Of a stretch of DNA of 42,292 bases, positions 38,947-42,292 are shown piece after piece. Each line of letters opens with the position of its first letter. Within the stretch, counting starts at the first letter, position 1. The DNA lies in contig UYFQ01000240.1 of NCBI GenBank assembly GCA_900617105.1, positions 1-42,292 of the forward strand, given 5' to 3'. The notes beneath the pieces are model-generated. The model was not told the origin of the DNA. It worked only from the letters and a program-made list of their open reading frames with translations, and did not search any database. Source of the DNA: Hydrurus foetidus. Taxonomy: Eukaryota. A program made the position numbers and the translations under genes.

Positions 38947-39164
38947 TGTAGTCCGAATGGCAAAAGAGAGAAAGGAAAGGGGAGGAGCTGAAGTCTTAGT
39001 TACAGGGGAAAGCCGTAGCTAGGGTAACTTCTACGTGGACTTGCTAGATGATAGCAGAGTACACGTTGTAAGGGTGAGGCTGGAAGCCTACGACCCTGTA
39101 GACCGATCTGTAGACCGATAGTCCTAGAAGCTCATAATGCCATACTAAATGGCATATGGCTACA
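38947..39164 (-). repeat. 5' LTR of element B (218 bp, TGTAG...CTACA)
   Basis: 5-bp inverted termini TGTAG/CTACA. The right end coincides with loss of RT homology in element C (KCRFGLPR|). Shares motifs aggagct, ttagtta, gtaacttct and tgatag in the same order with the LTR at 40779-40987. Internal 12-bp tandem duplication at 39096-39119. Confidence 0.8.
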
Positions 39165-40778
39165 CGTGGAAGGCCGAAACGGCACTTTTTAGCTTTGAGT
39201 CGAAGACCCTTAAGTCTAAATCTTTCAAAAACTTTGTTCAAGTTGGTTAGAAACTCTGCTTCATCCTTGTCATATACTATGCAATCGTCGAGATACATCT
39301 CGCAACAATGATAGATAAGGCCACAGAGGACCGCCGTTACCATCTGCTCTTGAAAGTAAGAGGGGGCTCGACACGGACCAAAGGGAAGTCTCGTAAACCG
39401 AAATACCCCCGCGAAGTATACAAATGCCGTAAAAATGCGGTGCGCGGGGTGTAACGGTGCTTGATGGTAACCTGCAGTTAAATCCATCACACCAAAAATA
39501 TCCGGTTTTTTATTACCGATCCTCTCAAAGAGGTGTTTAATATTTGGTAACGGGAATGAGGCCAGCTTAAGACACCTATTAAGTGGCCGGTAATCGATGC
39601 AAGTTCGAAATTTACCGGGTGACTTAGTTACGATTACAGGATGACTGTAATAGGCGGCATCTGATCGCTCTATAACCCCTGATGCAAGCATCTCGTCAAG
39701 GTTTTCTTTGAGAGCAACCTCTTTTGTTGATGACTGGGGACGTAACGGCGTACGGTTTTCGTCTTTTTCCCACAACTCAAGTGGGATGTTAATCTCAAAG
39801 GGTTTGATTGACGCTGGTTTCTCAGCTAACTGATCACTGAAAATGTCTGAATATTCAGAACAGAGCTCTCGGAGTTTCCTTTGAAAGCTTTCATCTCCTT
39901 CAAAGGTAATCTCGTTGCGGAAATCCTCTGGCCCTTTGGGCAAGTCATCTTGTCTAGGCTTCTCAGCTAAGAAGGATGCGAACGTGTCTATCTTGCCATC
40001 GTCAATCTCGTCAACTGAGAGTGCGACACCACTGGGCCATAAAGGCTCAGTGACATAGTCTAAGGTATCAGAGTCCTCAGAAGTGTCTGTAAGGGTGGGA
40101 ATCTGGTCGCCACCTCGGAGCGGTGTATCACCCGTACGTTTTGCGAGAATAATAGTGACACTATTCAGTCGCTCACAACTTACATCACCACAGGAATTTC
40201 GGGTCGCGACACCCTCAATATCCATTTGGGTATCGTTACATGTCGACATTGTATGGACACAGGAGACGTTGCTCTTCGAAGAAGATTGACCATGCAATAT
40301 GCTCTTCTTATATGGGTACTCTTGTACTCCATATGTTACCCTCTTTTTAGAGGGTGGTTTACCGCCTGGATATTTCAGCTTGTCGTAGTGAGGTGTTAAA
40401 GACTCGACTACGGCTGTATCAGGTTCGGCACCCAACGCTATCATACGACGCGTATATTTGTGTTGAAACAACGGATCGAGTTTATCCAACGCTTCTTTTC
40501 TTTCGAATTCGCTCTTTCTCTCAGCTCAGGAGAAATGCTGAATGCAAACGGAGTTAACGTCCAAAAATCATATTTATTTATCGTCTCACGGCTAAATAAA
40601 ATGTCGATGTCGGTTTTTCGATTGACCCTCATGGGTAGGCTGATGCTATGGCATTCACCATCGTAAGAATGAAAAAGGATTTTTAAATCGCAAATTTCGA
40701 TATTTAGGTAACATTGGCCATCGAAACCGCTACAAACAGTTATGGCTTTAAGAGCAGGATAACATGAATGAGTAGCAT
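39165..40778 (-). pseudogene. pol: Protease C-half and reverse transcriptase fragment, Ty3/Gypsy element C, bounded on both sides by LTRs of other insertions
   Basis: ATHSCYPALKAITVCSGFDGQCY...DIDILFSR (protease), a frameshift near 40490, then RTPLRPQS...CIDYRPLN...MDLTAGYHQ...RLPFG...YLDD (39284-39295)...KAKKCRFG. Confidence 0.93.
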
Positions 40779-40987
40779 TGTGACCTTGGAGGGAAAAGAA
40801 GAGGGAAGTCTAAAGGCTAAAAGGAGCTTGTTAGTTAGGGTTGAAAAGCAGAAGGTACGCTAGTAACTTCTGCAAAGCAGCACAAACTAGCTAGTGACTG
40901 ATAGTCGTGGCTGTGAACACGAAGGTACTAAGGTGGAAACAGCATCTAATCGGCTAAATGGGGTAGCAGACCCTGAGGGAGCCACCA
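40779..40987 (-). repeat. 3' LTR of element D (~209 bp, TG...CA)
   Basis: TG at 40779 lies exactly where element C protease homology stops. CA at 40986-40987 lies next to the PPT. Motifs and size resemble the element B LTR. Confidence 0.7.
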
Positions 40988-41033
40988 CCCCTACTTATCT
41001 CTCGTTTTCTCATTTCTCTCCTCTCCTCTCTTT
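40988..41033 (-). other. Polypurine tract of element D
   Basis: Minus strand reads aaagagaggagaggagagaaatgagaaaacgagagataagtagggg immediately before the LTR TG. Confidence 0.7.
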
Positions 41034-41348
41034 GGTGAGTCTCTAGCTACAGTGTGTGACAAAACAAATATGACTCAAGTGTGAGAAAGACAAATGCTGA
41101 AAAAGGTAATGAAAAAGAATACAAAAAAATAAAAATCGAGAAATAAATACGTATGATAAATACAGATATTTGTACATGTGAGAGATGGGGGAAGTGAGAA
41201 ACGAGAGTGCCTAGATGTGTTGTAACTAAGTGTTCCCCTACACATTTATGTCAGATTTTTACTGACTAAACCTCCTGAAAAGCAACGTAACGTTGTAAAA
41301 ATGAGGAGGAATCTTCAAAAGATAATGTGTAGGTCGTTCCTGGGGAAC

Positions 41349-42292
41349 TTACTTTTCTGTCGGAATTATTTTCGACATGCCGTGAAGGCGTAGATATGTG
41401 TGAAGAGCGTCTGTAAGACGAAGATTCTTCCACGACTCCCACGTATTGTGCGAGTCATCAAAGTCAGTCCATTTGACTAAAAACCGCATTTGGGTTTTTC
41501 GTGCTGAAGAATGGAATCGATAAAGAATTCCATATAATCGCGGCGTGATACATCAGCAGGATCCGTATGTTTCGGATTGAAAACAAATTGTTTAAGATTA
41601 CTAATATGAAGATGTTTATGTTTCTTCGTAGTTATATCTAACAACGTATAATCAGAGTTGTGAATCGATATCACTTGAAACGGTCCCCGCCACAACGTGT
41701 GTAAGCATGTGGGCGGTTCTGTGGTGTATCTAGCCAACACATATGAACCGACGGGAAAAACCGTTATATCCTGTGGACTTGTGGCAACATGAGCCGTGTC
41801 CATTGTGCGCAAAGCAGTTTGTGCTTGGGCAATCAGGGTATCCTGGATGTGATACATCTCACAGACCAATTTGATGCGGGAGTTTCCTCTTCCGGTAATG
41901 GTGGAAATGGTGAAAGTATGCCCGAATCAAGATTGATTTGGTTACCAAACAATAAACTTGCTGGGGAGGCATTGGTACTGCTGTGAATTGAAGAATTCAA
42001 AATGCGCTGTATAAACGGTAAGCAGTTTTTATACTGGTACACGTCATTTGTATCATACAGGATCGAACGTAAGTACCGGTTAATTTCTTTATTAACTCGT
42101 TCAACTATTGCATTCTCTTGTTTAGAGTATGCTAGTGTCAGGTTGTGGGGTGTACCCGTTGACACTAGGAATTGTTTGATCAATTCGTTGGCAAAATGTG
42201 AACCCCGATCAGATCTGATCATTTGGGGTGCACCGTATCTTCCAAACTGTTGGAGAAGGCAATCGGCAGCTGATTGGCCGTATTATCCGCAA
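41349..42292 (-). pseudogene. pol: Integrase (rve core C-part, GPY/F motif) with C-terminal chromodomain, element D (chromovirus type)
   Basis: FGRYGAPQMIRSDRGSHF...YSKQENAIVERVNK (catalytic D and E), then LWRGPFQV, then EFFIDSILQH / TQMRFLVKWTDFDDSHNTWESWKNLRLTDALHTYL...* with the stop at 41349-41351. Frameshifts near 42275, 41865 and 41500. Confidence 0.92.

Noticed and set aside
39044..39164. C-terminal extension of the element C RT ORF (VAICHLVWHY...)
   Set aside because: It is read-through into the inserted LTR of element B.

Overview
Eukaryotic, repeat-saturated window with no recognisable host gene. About 70% of it (7105-36543) is one highly homogeneous tandem array of a 177-bp, ~34% GC monomer (~166 copies). 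The left flank holds a Ty3/Gypsy-type retrotransposon (element A: very long gag, protease, RT running off the window edge) abutting a PIF/Harbinger transposase pseudogene that carries a 184-bp MITE. The right flank holds three nested Ty3/Gypsy fragments: B (5' LTR, palindrome-rich leader, gag, protease cut by the array), C (protease C-half and RT) and D (integrase with chromodomain, PPT, 3' LTR). All coding remnants are on the minus strand. The most notable points: the array begins TGTA and ends TACA like the neighbouring LTR; its variants are layered (homogeneous core, variant edges); it sits among chromovirus-type elements (candidate centromeric or heterochromatic locus); and two protease breakpoints fall at nearly the same homologous position. 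Several frameshifts are single-base indels and may be long-read errors. The host organism cannot be determined from the sequence alone.
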